Positions 11,809 to 21,712 of a stretch of DNA of 44,409 bases are shown one piece after another; the stretch's first letter is position 1; each line of letters begins with the position of its first letter. Position numbers and translations under genes: made by a program. Source of the stretch: a virus; IMG/VR virus record IMGVR_UViG_3300033417_000017, positions 1-44,409 of that record. One strand, written 5' to 3'. The notes beneath the pieces were generated by a model. It saw nothing but the letters and a program-made list of their open reading frames with translations, had not been told where the DNA came from and made no database searches.

Positions 11809-13963
11809 AATAGAGATCTTTGGCGAAGATGACCTTGGCACGGCCGAGGACTACGGCGTTGCGGAGAAGTATGTTCCTGAGGGTTGGGAAACTCAGGAGA
11901 AATTTCTTGAACACGCGACAAAGCTCTACGATAGCGATGTTAAGTACGACAAAGAAAACCGTGATTGGGCCATGGAGGATCTTCAGTTTCTCGCTGGTGA
12001 CCAGTGGGATGCAGACACAAAGAAAGATCGCCTAGATGCCCTTCGGCCTTGTCTTACCATTAACGTACTTCCGCAATTCGTTGGGCAGGTTGTCGGCGAT
12101 CGTAGGATCAACAAGACGACAATCAAGGTGCGGCCACTAAAGGACGGCACGAGTGACGTTGCTGAGGTTCGGTCTGGTCTTATAAAAAGCATAGAACTTT
12201 ACTCCCGCGCTGAGCGCGTGTACGACGCCGCGTGTGAAGATCAGGTGGCGTGCGGCATTTCTAACTTTCGCGTTGATCTGGAGTACGCGGGCAACGACGT
12301 GTTCGATCAGGATATTCTAATCAGGCACATACCAAACCCTCTGTCTGTAGTGTGGGATCGCATGAGCGTTGACCCTACTGGTCGTGACGCGCGGCATTGC
12401 TTCGTCGCCGATTACATACCCAAAGATATCTACGATAAGCAATTTCCAGATTACCCATGCCCGACCGGGTTTTCAGACGATCGTGCGAAGCGCGGCGACT
12501 GGTGGGATGGAGAGGCCGTCAGGCTAACTGAGTTCTGGGAACTTGTGGATAAGCCTGCCACCTTCGCAATGATGGCTGACGGCGATGTTAAAGACGTAAC
12601 AGATATAGATCCCGAGGAGTATATGGCTGAGCTGTGGAGAAATCCACAGACCGGAGAAACAAAGATTCGGCAGAGTTTTCGCACTTACGCGCGGATGCAC
12701 TTAGTGACCAGCTTTGCTATCCTCACCAAGGCGTACGAAATTCCGGTTGCTCGCCTGCCTATTATCAGGGTGGAGGGCCGCGTGGTCCGCGTCGGCGATG
12801 ACCGCGTGCGGTTTGGCCTAGTCCGGTTTGCCAAGGATAGTCAGCGGCTGAAGAACTACTGGCGGTCCGTAGCGGCGGAAGTACTGGCACTGGCCCCCAA
12901 GGCCACGTGGATTGCGCCGTCGGACGCGATTGAGGGGCGTGAGGATGAATGGGACCGCTCGCACATAAACGCTGGCGGAGTTCTGGTCTTCAACAAGAAC
13001 GCCTCGGAAAAGCCAGAGCGCGTAAACCCTCCCCTGGTGCCCGCCGCGCTGTTGCAGGAGGCCCAGCTAAACCAGCAGGACATAAAGGACACGACGGGTC
13101 TGCACGACGCTTCGCTGGGGATGCGTTCCAACGAAGTTTCCGGCGTAGCCATAGATGCCCGTAAGGCTGAGGGCGACGTGGCGACAGTTATCTATCACGA
13201 TAACCTTAACCACGCTATCCAAGAATGTGGCGACGTGATCAACCAACTTATCCCGATTGCGTACGACGCCACTAGGACAGTGCGCGTTATCGGCGATGAT
13301 GATAAACATAAGCTGATGCGGATCAACGATCCCGCGGATGAGAATTCGCCAGACATAACGCGCGGCAAGTACGACGTAACGCTAGAAACGGGTCCGTCGT
13401 TCAGCACGCAGCGCCACGAAGCGTTGGATGGAATGATGAAGCTCATCCAAACTTCGCCCGAGCTTATGGGCGTTATCGGTGACCTAGTTGCGAAGAACAT
13501 GGACTGGCCTGGAGCTTACGAGATTGCTGAGCGGATGCGCAAGATGCCGTCCATTCAGCAGTTTGTGCAGGACGAAGACGAGGAAGGCGGGCAGCCCACA
13601 GAAGAGCAGATGATGCAGATGCAGCAGATGGAACAGATGCGGCAGATGGAGCAGACGCAGCAGGAGGCGGCGGTTGAGGGCATGCGGCTAGAACTGGAGC
13701 AGCAGCGCTCCAAGGCGCAGCAAGCCGAGTCCAATGCCCGCGCCGCAGAGGCCAACGTGCGGCAGGCGGAAGCGAACGCAGACGCGGCGGAAGCCAAGGC
13801 AGTGCAGGCCCAGCACGAGGCCAATGCCGCCCCCGCCATTATATCCCAAAAAATTCGCTTGGCAGAGCGCTCCGCTAATGCTAAAGCGACACCCAATAAC
13901 CGCGGAGCCGGATCTCGCCCCGGAGGCGACCGTTCTAACAAGAACGCTCCACGGAAGGAATGA
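11786..13963 (+). CDS. Portal protein with a long C-terminal coiled-coil (barrel-like) extension
   Basis: 725 aa (TTG 11786 or GTG 11792 start), directly after terL. C-terminus reads EEQMMQMQQMEQMRQMEQTQQEAAVEGMRLELEQQRSKAQQAESNARAAEANVRQAEANADAAEAKAVQAQHEANAA. The size equals what I recall for P22 gp1. Confidence 0.85.
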   Translation: MPVPPSSEIEIFGEDDLGTAEDYGVAEKYVPEGWETQEKFLEHATKLYDSDVKYDKENRDWAMEDLQFLAGDQWDADTKKDRLDALRPCLTINVLPQFVGQVVGDRRINKTTIKVRPLKDGTSDVAEVRSGLIKSIELYSRAERVYDAACEDQVACGISNFRVDLEYAGNDVFDQDILIRHIPNPLSVVWDRMSVDPTGRDARHCFVADYIPKDIYDKQFPDYPCPTGFSDDRAKRGDWWDGEAVRLTEFWELVDKPATFAMMADGDVKDVTDIDPEEYMAELWRNPQTGETKIRQSFRTYARMHLVTSFAILTKAYEIPVARLPIIRVEGRVVRVGDDRVRFGLVRFAKDSQRLKNYWRSVAAEVLALAPKATWIAPSDAIEGREDEWDRSHINAGGVLVFNKNASEKPERVNPPLVPAALLQEAQLNQQDIKDTTGLHDASLGMRSNEVSGVAIDARKAEGDVATVIYHDNLNHAIQECGDVINQLIPIAYDATRTVRVIGDDDKHKLMRINDPADENSPDITRGKYDVTLETGPSFSTQRHEALDGMMKLIQTSPELMGVIGDLVAKNMDWPGAYEIAERMRKMPSIQQFVQDEDEEGGQPTEEQMMQMQQMEQMRQMEQTQQEAAVEGMRLELEQQRSKAQQAESNARAAEANVRQAEANADAAEAKAVQAQHEANAAPAIISQKIRLAERSANAKATPNNRGAGSRPGGDRSNKNAPRKE

Positions 13964-14949
13964 CAATGAAGACTCGCTTGATGATCACCTCCGCTATGAC
14001 GCCCGCCGAACAGCGGGTTGGGCGGTATATGCGCGCTCCTGATGCACACCCCGATGGCGGGGTTGCCGTAGCGGAACCACCCACTCCAGTAGAAGAGGCC
14101 GCCCCGGCTGCGCCCCCCGCCAAAAGCACCGACGACTTATATGATGAAGAGTTTGGCGGCGGTAGTGATGAAGACGGTGACGATGAAGACGGTGGCGAGG
14201 GCGACGAGGAGGATAACGAAGAGGATGAGGATGAGGCCGCAGAGCCGGTTAAAGAGCCGCCCGTCAAGCAACCTGCTCCGGTTGAGGAGCGCATTGGCGA
14301 ACTGACCGCGGAGTTGCGTGAGACGCAGCGACAGCTTGCAGAAGAGAAGAGACTGCGCGAAGACGCGGCAAAACCAAAAGATACTCCAGCGGAAGAGGCT
14401 AAGAAAGCTCCTGATCCTGCTGATTACGAATTCGGCGAAGCGGACGCTAAGTTCATCGCCGCTAGTGCCCGTTGGCACGCAGATCAACGCTTCGACGAAC
14501 GGCAGGAAATGGCCGACCGCGAAGCAATGATTGCGGAGATCGAAACGGGTTGGAAGGGAGCGATCAGCGAACCTTCCGTTGCAGAGCAGTATCCAGACTT
14601 TGAAGAGAAGGTTACGAAAGGGGCCGATCGCAAAGACTGGGCCTGTACTCCTGTGATGGCTGTGCTGATCAAGCGTTCCGACGTCGGTGTGCATGTCGCC
14701 TATGATTTGGCGTCGAATGCAGACGAGTCGCGACGCATAGCTGCGCTCAGCCCTGAGCAGCAGCTCTATGAGATCGGCCGCATTGAAGGTCGTGTCTCCG
14801 CTGCGCTCACCGCCAAAGGCGCTGAGCCTGCTCCCAAGCGCGCAACCAACGCGCCTAGCCCGCCCGAAGCCCGCAGCCGCGGAGCAGGAGGCAAGTTTGC
14901 GACCGACGGCGATGCTCTTTACGACAAGATGCTTCGTGAGTTCGATTAA
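13960..14949 (+). CDS. Scaffolding protein (start 13960 or 13966)
   Basis: Lies between portal and coat. Acidic run DEDGDDEDGGEGDEEDNEEDEDE and charged helical segments (LTAELRETQRQLAEEKRLRE). Confidence 0.7.
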   Translation: MTMKTRLMITSAMTPAEQRVGRYMRAPDAHPDGGVAVAEPPTPVEEAAPAAPPAKSTDDLYDEEFGGGSDEDGDDEDGGEGDEEDNEEDEDEAAEPVKEPPVKQPAPVEERIGELTAELRETQRQLAEEKRLREDAAKPKDTPAEEAKKAPDPADYEFGEADAKFIAASARWHADQRFDERQEMADREAMIAEIETGWKGAISEPSVAEQYPDFEEKVTKGADRKDWACTPVMAVLIKRSDVGVHVAYDLASNADESRRIAALSPEQQLYEIGRIEGRVSAALTAKGAEPAPKRATNAPSPPEARSRGAGGKFATDGDALYDKMLREFD

Positions 14950-14963
14950 CAAGGATTCTACCA

Positions 14964-16277
14964 ATGACTAACCAAGTCACCCAGCTCGCTCTCATCACCG
15001 CCGCCATTGCAGCGCGGATGGAGAACACGCTCGTCGCTTCCAAGATGATTACCTGGAACAAGAGCGAAAAGAAAATCAACCCCCTCAATGGCTTCAAGTA
15101 CATTGAACACGTTCCGCCGCGTTACAATCGGCGTCGTTGGACCGGCACAGTGTCTGATCTCAGCGGCGGAAAGCAGGACACGGTGTTCGGGTCCGAGATA
15201 TTCACTCTCAACCAAGGCGACACTCTCGACTTTACCTATGGCGACTTCGAGAACATCAAGGACTTCGACTCTGCCAAGAAGAACGCGCGCATTCGTTCAA
15301 TCGGTAACGACGAGGGCCATCTTGTCGATGCGGAGGTTCTCAGCACCGTCGCGCTTGCGGGGGCCAATTGGATCGGCACTCCCGGCGCGGCCATTACAGA
15401 CGTAGAGCCGTTGATCGAAGGCTATGTTCGGCTGAAGGAAGAAGGCGTTGCGGATAACGAGATTTTCGCCGTACTTCCCTACACCGATATGCCGGGGCTG
15501 GCCAAGTACCTGATGGAGCTACCCGCTCCTGACGCTCTTGCCACGGCTGTTGTAACACGGCTCAGCTTCAAGCAGTTGGCCGGTCTGCCGATTGTGTTTA
15601 CGCAGCAGCTTCCTGTACTGACTACGGGGTCTCGCGTCACTAGCTCTGGCCCGCAGGTCGACGGCGCGGCGCAGAACGTCAATTACCGCGATGTCTGTGC
15701 TTCGTCTACTACCAACGGCTACTTCTTGACTCAGACCATCGATCTGAAGGGTCTTGGCAACGCTGGCACCATTAAGGACGGTGAGATCTTCTCGATCGCC
15801 AGCGTGAACGACTACGATAACCGTAAGCAGGCCAGCAAGGGCCGCGTGCGGCAGTTCCGCGTTATCGGCAACTACACGGCAGAGGCCGACGGCACGCTGG
15901 CCAACGTGCGGATCTTCCCGGCTATTATCGTACCGGGCGGCGGCGTTACTGGCGACAATGGCGTCAACACCGCCCACGCTACGGTAGACGCGGCTCCTGC
16001 CGACAGCGCGGCTATCACGTTCCTTGGCGCGGCCAGTACGCAGTTCTTGCAGCGCGCTCTGGTGAAGAAGTCGGCATGTCGTGTCGAAACCGCGTCTCTG
16101 GAAGACCTGCCGTCTGGTGAGAACTCCAGTATCGAAATGAAGAGCATCCCGCTTTCGCTGCGTTCGTACCGCTACGCGGACGGCGACACGGCTGTTTCTT
16201 CGCTGCGTTTCGATATTCCGTGGCAGACTAACGTGAACCCGTATGGCCGCTACGAAATCGTTCGCATTAACGGTTGA
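14964..16277 (+). CDS. Major capsid (coat) protein
   Basis: 437 aa immediately after the scaffold and followed by a strong hairpin. Size and order resemble a P22-type head module; no alignment was done. Confidence 0.8.
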   Translation: MTNQVTQLALITAAIAARMENTLVASKMITWNKSEKKINPLNGFKYIEHVPPRYNRRRWTGTVSDLSGGKQDTVFGSEIFTLNQGDTLDFTYGDFENIKDFDSAKKNARIRSIGNDEGHLVDAEVLSTVALAGANWIGTPGAAITDVEPLIEGYVRLKEEGVADNEIFAVLPYTDMPGLAKYLMELPAPDALATAVVTRLSFKQLAGLPIVFTQQLPVLTTGSRVTSSGPQVDGAAQNVNYRDVCASSTTNGYFLTQTIDLKGLGNAGTIKDGEIFSIASVNDYDNRKQASKGRVRQFRVIGNYTAEADGTLANVRIFPAIIVPGGGVTGDNGVNTAHATVDAAPADSAAITFLGAASTQFLQRALVKKSACRVETASLEDLPSGENSSIEMKSIPLSLRSYRYADGDTAVSSLRFDIPWQTNVNPYGRYEIVRING

Positions 16278-16294
16278 TCTAGCGTAACTGTGTA

Positions 16295-16323
16295 GAGACC
16301 CTGCTCTTAGTGAGCGGGGTCTC
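16295..16323 (+). terminator. Hairpin immediately downstream of the coat gene (attenuator/terminator candidate)
   Basis: GAGACCCTGCTC (16295-16306) pairs with GAGCGGGGTCTC (16312-16323): 12 bp including one G-U, with a 5-nt loop and no clear U-tract. Confidence 0.5.
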
Positions 16324-16343
16324 GCACTACAGGAGATGCCGTC

Positions 16344-17354
16344 ATGGCCTACGAGACTCTTGACTTTCTTATTCGTCCTGAAGATGGCTGGGTAGAAGTA
16401 GCGGAGAACCCCGTAAATCTTATTGTCCGTCCGAGTGGGTTTCACCCGTGGTGGTTGGCCGTAACAGACGGCACCGCTCCCAACGTGGCTACGACGATCG
16501 GTGAGGGAACGCTCACCTTTACCGGACAGCCATCTAACACGCAGACCGTTACCATTAACGGCGTGGCGTACCGCGCGGTCACTGCGTACCATGAGGATAC
16601 ACCCGGCGCTCGCGATTTTCTGATTGGTGGTGACGCCGAAGGAACTATCGACAACCTAGTGGAGATAATCAACGGGCGCGCTATCGTGGCGGCGGGGGCT
16701 GCCACTGGCACGGTGACAATTAGCGGCGGCGTTCCTATTGCCGACGAAGAGGTTGTTATTGGGGACGACACTTACGTCTTCAAGGCGTTGGCGGCGGCTC
16801 CGTTCGAGGTTACGATTGGCGGTGACGCGGCTATCACGGCAACGAATATGATATCGGTAATTAACGACGACGACACATCTGGCGTCACAGCATCAGACGG
16901 CGGTTCGGGGGTGGCCGCGCTCACTGCTGATGTGGCGGGAGCCGTCGGGAATGACATCGTTCTTACAGAAGCGGCGACCAATACGGCGGTCTCTGGTGCA
17001 GGAACGCTCACGGGCGGCTATAACGCAATTCCGGCAGTTGCCGCCAACGCCGATGTCCGCGCGGTTAAGGAAGATACAGACAAGGCCGTCGTGTCTGCGC
17101 TTGCACCGGGCGGTGCAGCAAACAGTATAACGCTCGCCGAAACTTTAACCAACGCGGCGTGGGGAGCAACAGAGATAGCGGGCGGGGCTGATCCGCTGAT
17201 AGGGCTGGCGTTTGGGCGCGGCGCGGATAATGCCCGTGAGCATTTCGAGTCAAGCGGTGCCCTTACTGGAAAGGTGTTTATCCGAGTAAAAGAACCTCTC
17301 GCCAGCTACGCAAGTGAGAAGGCCCATTTCGGAGTCGTACGTAACGGCGCATAA
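16344..17354 (+). CDS. Virion protein with internally duplicated A/G/T-rich module (decoration/head-fibre candidate)
   Basis: 336 aa with GGAG upstream. Repeats are TVTINGVAYRAV...FLIGGDAEGTIDNLVEIIN and VVIGDDTYVFKAL...VTIGGDAAITATNMISVIN. The module is shared with the 18537..19814 product. Confidence 0.75.
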   Translation: MAYETLDFLIRPEDGWVEVAENPVNLIVRPSGFHPWWLAVTDGTAPNVATTIGEGTLTFTGQPSNTQTVTINGVAYRAVTAYHEDTPGARDFLIGGDAEGTIDNLVEIINGRAIVAAGAATGTVTISGGVPIADEEVVIGDDTYVFKALAAAPFEVTIGGDAAITATNMISVINDDDTSGVTASDGGSGVAALTADVAGAVGNDIVLTEAATNTAVSGAGTLTGGYNAIPAVAANADVRAVKEDTDKAVVSALAPGGAANSITLAETLTNAAWGATEIAGGADPLIGLAFGRGADNAREHFESSGALTGKVFIRVKEPLASYASEKAHFGVVRNGA

Positions 17355-17365
17355 GGAGACTACGC

Positions 17366-17752
17366 ATGTCTAAGAGCAAATTTCCCGGCTGGCGCTACGG
17401 TCCAGATGATCAAAGCAGCATCTTCAATAGTGAGGAGGAAGTACCAGAGGGCTGGGTAGCGGATATCGCAGAGGCGAATAAGCTCTATGCCTCCCCTGCG
17501 GTAAAGACTTCTGTGAAGGTCGACGTGGCGACGCTACCCGGTCCAGACAAGAACAGGGCCGACGAATTGGTTGTAGTCCATTCGCAGAAGGAGCTTGTTG
17601 ATATCCTCGAGGCTATGAATAAGTTTCGTGAAGGTACAGACAAGCCGCAAATTGAGTTTCTGGCGTCTTGGCCAAAGCTGCGCCTCGCCGCTACGATCTT
17701 AGCAAACGAGGAAGTGGATGCGGTAGAAGAGCTGGAAGAGGCGGAGGACTAG
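17366..17752 (+). CDS. Hypothetical virion-module protein (128 aa)
   Basis: AAGGAG upstream; track ORF; acidic C-terminus. Confidence 0.75.
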   Translation: MSKSKFPGWRYGPDDQSSIFNSEEEVPEGWVADIAEANKLYASPAVKTSVKVDVATLPGPDKNRADELVVVHSQKELVDILEAMNKFREGTDKPQIEFLASWPKLRLAATILANEEVDAVEELEEAED

Positions 17753-17753
17753 A

Positions 17754-18530
17754 GTGTCTCTCACGTCTGAAATTATTACCTTCGCTCACCGCGAAACCAA
17801 CTTGGTTGCCAAGGGACAGGCTCCCTCTGCCGAGCATGTGGCTGAGGCGCTGCCGCGTCTTAATTCGCTGGTCTCCGCCGCCTACGGGTACGAAGTTGGC
17901 CGACAGTTCATCGATTGGCCTGTTGGCCAACAGGGTATCTCCGCGGAAGACCAGACGTATTGGAGCGCTAACGAATGGCAGTTCCCGCCCGCCAATGTTC
18001 GCCTCATCGCAGCAAGCGATTCTGCCCAGACTATTTATCTGCACCCGCAACCCAGCGACGGCGCGCGAGTGGCTTTGATAGATCCGGCTGGGCTGCTAGC
18101 CTCCGCGCCCATTACTATTGACGGCAACGGGCGACGGATTGAAGGTGTGGCTTCGGTAGTTCCCACAGTTAATACGATCTGGTTCTACAGAGCCGATCAG
18201 GGAAATTGGGTTGTCCTTTCTGCGCTGACCGCAGTAGATCCAGAAGAGTTCCCGTTTCCTATAGAGTTCGACGATTACTTCGTAATCATGCTGGCGGCGC
18301 GCATTAACCCGCGCTACGGGCGTTCTTTGAGTGAAGCGTCGACCGCCATACTAGGGGCCACACTCGAAAAGCTGCGGGCGCGGTATAGGCAGGCGGCGCT
18401 TGTTCCGGGCGAGCGAGCGCTAGCGGCTCTAACGTCTGGGTTTGGCGACGGATGCTCGCAGAGCGCGAACGGCGATACGGGGCACCTTGGTCAGCGGCGG
18501 CTAGTGCGCCCGCCTCATTACGAGGGGTAG
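17754..18530 (+). CDS. Virion structural protein (adaptor/connector candidate)
   Basis: 258-aa track ORF, tightly packed in the structural module; no motif recognised. Confidence 0.7.
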   Translation: MSLTSEIITFAHRETNLVAKGQAPSAEHVAEALPRLNSLVSAAYGYEVGRQFIDWPVGQQGISAEDQTYWSANEWQFPPANVRLIAASDSAQTIYLHPQPSDGARVALIDPAGLLASAPITIDGNGRRIEGVASVVPTVNTIWFYRADQGNWVVLSALTAVDPEEFPFPIEFDDYFVIMLAARINPRYGRSLSEASTAILGATLEKLRARYRQAALVPGERALAALTSGFGDGCSQSANGDTGHLGQRRLVRPPHYEG

Positions 18531-18536
18531 CGGGTT

Positions 18537-19814
18537 GTGAAACTGCCCTACGCACGAGGAAGCTACTCCCGCCAAGTGGCAAAGACTCCGGTTGTGCCGT
18601 TCCACAACAGATATCCCGAAGAAATACCGACGCTCACCGATGGTCCGGTTTCCGCCATCGCGCGTCCTGCGCTGAAGTACTTTCTTAATGAGGGAGACGG
18701 CCCTGTGCGGAAAGTGTTCTCAGCACCGGGCATATTCGACGACGCGGCGTTTACCGTCCATGGTCTAGACCTTATGCGCGTTGGGGCCGCCGACGGTAGT
18801 GTTACGAATGTAGGCACTATCGGAACGTCTATTCTTGGCGACGTCAGCATGGCGGTTGTCGCGCATATAGAGGACACTATTCCCAGTCGTCTCTTCATCG
18901 CTGATGGCGGTGTTCTGTGGATGTACACAGAGAACAGCGGAGCTCTTGGGCATCTACAAGCCACGGGCGCGATTGCGAATGGTTACGTGGTAGAGATCAA
19001 CGGTGTCTATTACCACTGGACTAACGCTAGCGTGGATGCCAGCGCGCCAGCGGGCACTGTGGGCAACCCATGGCGCGTGGCGCTAGGCGCAAGTAACTCT
19101 GAGGCGTTGCGCAACCTGTATTGGGCGATAAATGCTGATGAGGGCGTGGCGGGCACAGACTACAGTACCGCAGCGACTCCGCATCCCAATGTCCGCGCAA
19201 CAGTCCACACTACGGCAGATCTTTATGTCGCCGCTAACGTAGCGGGCACCGCAGGCAACGCTTATACGACTACAGAGACCGGAGCGAACACGGCGTGGGG
19301 AGCGGCTACGTTAGAAGATGGCGGAACTACGCAAATAAGGCAGATAACCCTACCCGGTGACGTTGGCGCTATAAGCGTAGCCAGCATCAACAGCTACGTG
19401 ATCGTAATTCCGGTACAGAGCGAAGATCTATTTACCGTCGGCAAGTTCTACTGGATTGAACCGGGCGATGACTTTATAGATCCTTTGAACTTTGCCACGG
19501 CGGAGCGTAGCAGCGACGTTAATCATCAAGTTCTCGTCTATAGTGATCAGTTCTGGCTGTTCGGTAAGGAGACTACCGAAGCGTGGATTATGACTACTGA
19601 TCCAGACGCCCCCGTTCAGCGTTACCAAGGTGTTCTTTACGACCGAGGGTCGTGGGAAGGAACTGCCGTAAAGCTGCGCGACTCTATGATCGTAGTGGAC
19701 GAAGAAGGGGTAGTGTTTCAGCTAAGGGGCGGGCCGAGAGAAATTTCGCGCCCAGATATTTCAGAGAGAATTCGCAGAGCGATGCAGGCCGAGGGCCTGT
19801 CTCCTCTAGTTTAG
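18537..19814 (+). CDS. Virion/tail protein, beta-rich, with an inserted A/G/T-rich module
   Basis: 425 aa. The flanks (LFIADGGVLWMY ... FWLFGKETTEAWIMT...VQRYQGVLYDRGS) look like a beta-propeller-type tail or stabilisation protein. Residues ~141-263 match the 16344 module. Confidence 0.75.
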   Translation: MKLPYARGSYSRQVAKTPVVPFHNRYPEEIPTLTDGPVSAIARPALKYFLNEGDGPVRKVFSAPGIFDDAAFTVHGLDLMRVGAADGSVTNVGTIGTSILGDVSMAVVAHIEDTIPSRLFIADGGVLWMYTENSGALGHLQATGAIANGYVVEINGVYYHWTNASVDASAPAGTVGNPWRVALGASNSEALRNLYWAINADEGVAGTDYSTAATPHPNVRATVHTTADLYVAANVAGTAGNAYTTTETGANTAWGAATLEDGGTTQIRQITLPGDVGAISVASINSYVIVIPVQSEDLFTVGKFYWIEPGDDFIDPLNFATAERSSDVNHQVLVYSDQFWLFGKETTEAWIMTTDPDAPVQRYQGVLYDRGSWEGTAVKLRDSMIVVDEEGVVFQLRGGPREISRPDISERIRRAMQAEGLSPLV

Positions 19815-19824
19815 GAGAAGCAGC

Positions 19825-20925
19825 GTGAGCCTTCTGTGGTTTGATAACTTTCAGTACTACGGCACAGACGAAGCCAATATGCTTCTTGACAGTGTGTGGA
19901 CAAATATCGCCGTATCTGGTGCGAATGGCGGTCTGCAGACTGATCCTGATGGAGTCTCTGGAACAAAGGTACTGCAACTCTCTGGACAGGGTGGCGGCAG
20001 CGGGTCCAGCCGCTTTACGATACCCACGGCTGGCGATGTTCATAATCTGGGGTTCCGTCTCTGGTTGCCTTCCATGCCCGCCAACGACGGACAGAGCTTT
20101 GGTGTGGCGCTCAAGGACGTGAGCAATAATAACAAGTATCTTCTGCGGACGAACCCAAGCGGTTATCTAATTTTAGAGCGCACCGACGGGTGCGGAACTG
20201 ACATAAGCCAAACCGACGAAACCAACGGAGACGTTGTGCAAGTGGGCATAACTGCGTCTCCTGTTCTAGGGTCTGGTCAGTGGCTTCACATCGAATGGTT
20301 AATGAATCGGACTTCCGGGGATTACGAAATCCGCGTAGAAGGAGTAAACGTCTTATCCGGCACAGATGGTTCAGTGGCGACGGGGAACAGCGCAATCGTA
20401 GAGTGGCTGGCGGGCTACAACGCTTCTGCCGGACAGGGAACGTACCCGTATATAAAGGACGTCTTTATTGCTGACGACGCTGGGTCAGTTAACAATGCCT
20501 TTATCGGCCCGGTCACTATCGTAGCTCTGCAGATGACGTCCGACGTTTCTAGTGGTTGGGATCGTAGTTCCGGCGCTACTTGGTACACGCTTATTGACGA
20601 GCTTACGCCAAACGATAGCGATTACATAGAAGCCGACGATTCTCCGCCCGCTGCGTCTATCTTTGGGTTTGAGAATCTTGATGTAGATGTCGTTTCTGTC
20701 CGCGGGCTACGAATGATATCACGGGCATGGAAGACGGATGGCGGCGATGCGACGCTACAGAATAGTCTCATAAGCGGCGTTAGTGAAGACAACGGCGCTT
20801 CTCATGCGGTCGGCGTTTCTGCGCAGTTAAAGTGGGACGTTAGCGAAATAGATCCAGATACCGCAGGAGTTTGGTCCCCTGCCGCCGTTAATGCGGCAAC
20901 CTTAAAGATAGATAGGACCGCGTAG
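19825..20925 (+). CDS. Virion/tail structural protein
   Basis: 366-aa track ORF; beta-rich composition. Confidence 0.75.
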   Translation: MSLLWFDNFQYYGTDEANMLLDSVWTNIAVSGANGGLQTDPDGVSGTKVLQLSGQGGGSGSSRFTIPTAGDVHNLGFRLWLPSMPANDGQSFGVALKDVSNNNKYLLRTNPSGYLILERTDGCGTDISQTDETNGDVVQVGITASPVLGSGQWLHIEWLMNRTSGDYEIRVEGVNVLSGTDGSVATGNSAIVEWLAGYNASAGQGTYPYIKDVFIADDAGSVNNAFIGPVTIVALQMTSDVSSGWDRSSGATWYTLIDELTPNDSDYIEADDSPPAASIFGFENLDVDVVSVRGLRMISRAWKTDGGDATLQNSLISGVSEDNGASHAVGVSAQLKWDVSEIDPDTAGVWSPAAVNAATLKIDRTA

Positions 20926-20926
20926 C

Positions 20927-21712
20927 ATGGTCGCTTCTGTCGGAGTAAGAGTTTCTCAGGCCATTGTCTTGGCGGCAGTGGCGTTTCCTGCCGCTGGGCT
21001 GCGCGCGGGGCAAGCCGTCGTACTTGCGGCGGAGGACTCTAACGGCGGCGCTGTTCGAGCTTCGCAGGCGGTCGTGCTGGCTGCGGTGCTTGGCCGCACG
21101 GCTAATCCCAAGGTCCGCGCTTGGGGCTACGCGCAAGACGGGCATGAATTCTACGTTCTGCGTCTTGGCAACATTGAAACGCTGGTCTGCGATATAACGA
21201 CAGGGGAATGGTTTACGGTCGGTAGCGGGGGTGGCCCTATCTGGCGCGCACTCACCGGCACAAACTGGACCGGCACGGGCGCGTTGCCCGGTGCTTACGG
21301 CTCTAACGTTCTCGTCGGGGACGACACCACTGGAACTCTCTATTTTCTTAATCCAGATGGAGACTTTGATGACCACCCGATAGATGCGGGCGACGACTCG
21401 CGTCCGTTTACGCGCCAGCTAACGGCGCAGCATCTTGTCGACGCCGGGTACGACTCTGTGCCGTGTTATGGCGTCCAAGCGTTCGGCAGCGCGGGAGACA
21501 ACGCAGAAGGCGATGTCGAACTAGAGTATTCCGACGATCGTGGGAGGTCGTGGATCAGCGCCGGGGTGATCACCGTGGCCGAGGGGGATTACAGCGCGCG
21601 GCTGCACTGGCAGAGTCTTGGGCTGATGGACGCCCCCGGTCGTCTGTTTAGATTTACCGATGACGGCGCTATAAAGCGCTTTGATGATTTTGAAATAGAG
21701 GTTGGAGAGTGA
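20927..21712 (+). CDS. Virion/tail protein with an N-terminal triple repeat
   Basis: VRVSQAIVLAAV / LRAGQAVVLAAE / VRASQAVVLAAV occur within the first 55 aa. Confidence 0.75.
   Translation: MVASVGVRVSQAIVLAAVAFPAAGLRAGQAVVLAAEDSNGGAVRASQAVVLAAVLGRTANPKVRAWGYAQDGHEFYVLRLGNIETLVCDITTGEWFTVGSGGGPIWRALTGTNWTGTGALPGAYGSNVLVGDDTTGTLYFLNPDGDFDDHPIDAGDDSRPFTRQLTAQHLVDAGYDSVPCYGVQAFGSAGDNAEGDVELEYSDDRGRSWISAGVITVAEGDYSARLHWQSLGLMDAPGRLFRFTDDGAIKRFDDFEIEVGE

Noticed and set aside
14137-16592. Long antisense ORFs such as 14137..14964 (-), 15519..16592 (-), 29590..30462 (+) and 5169..5909 (+)
   Set aside because: These are shadow ORFs opposite clearly recognisable genes in a GC-rich genome. Their products are Arg/Ser/Pro-rich low-complexity sequences without start-site support.
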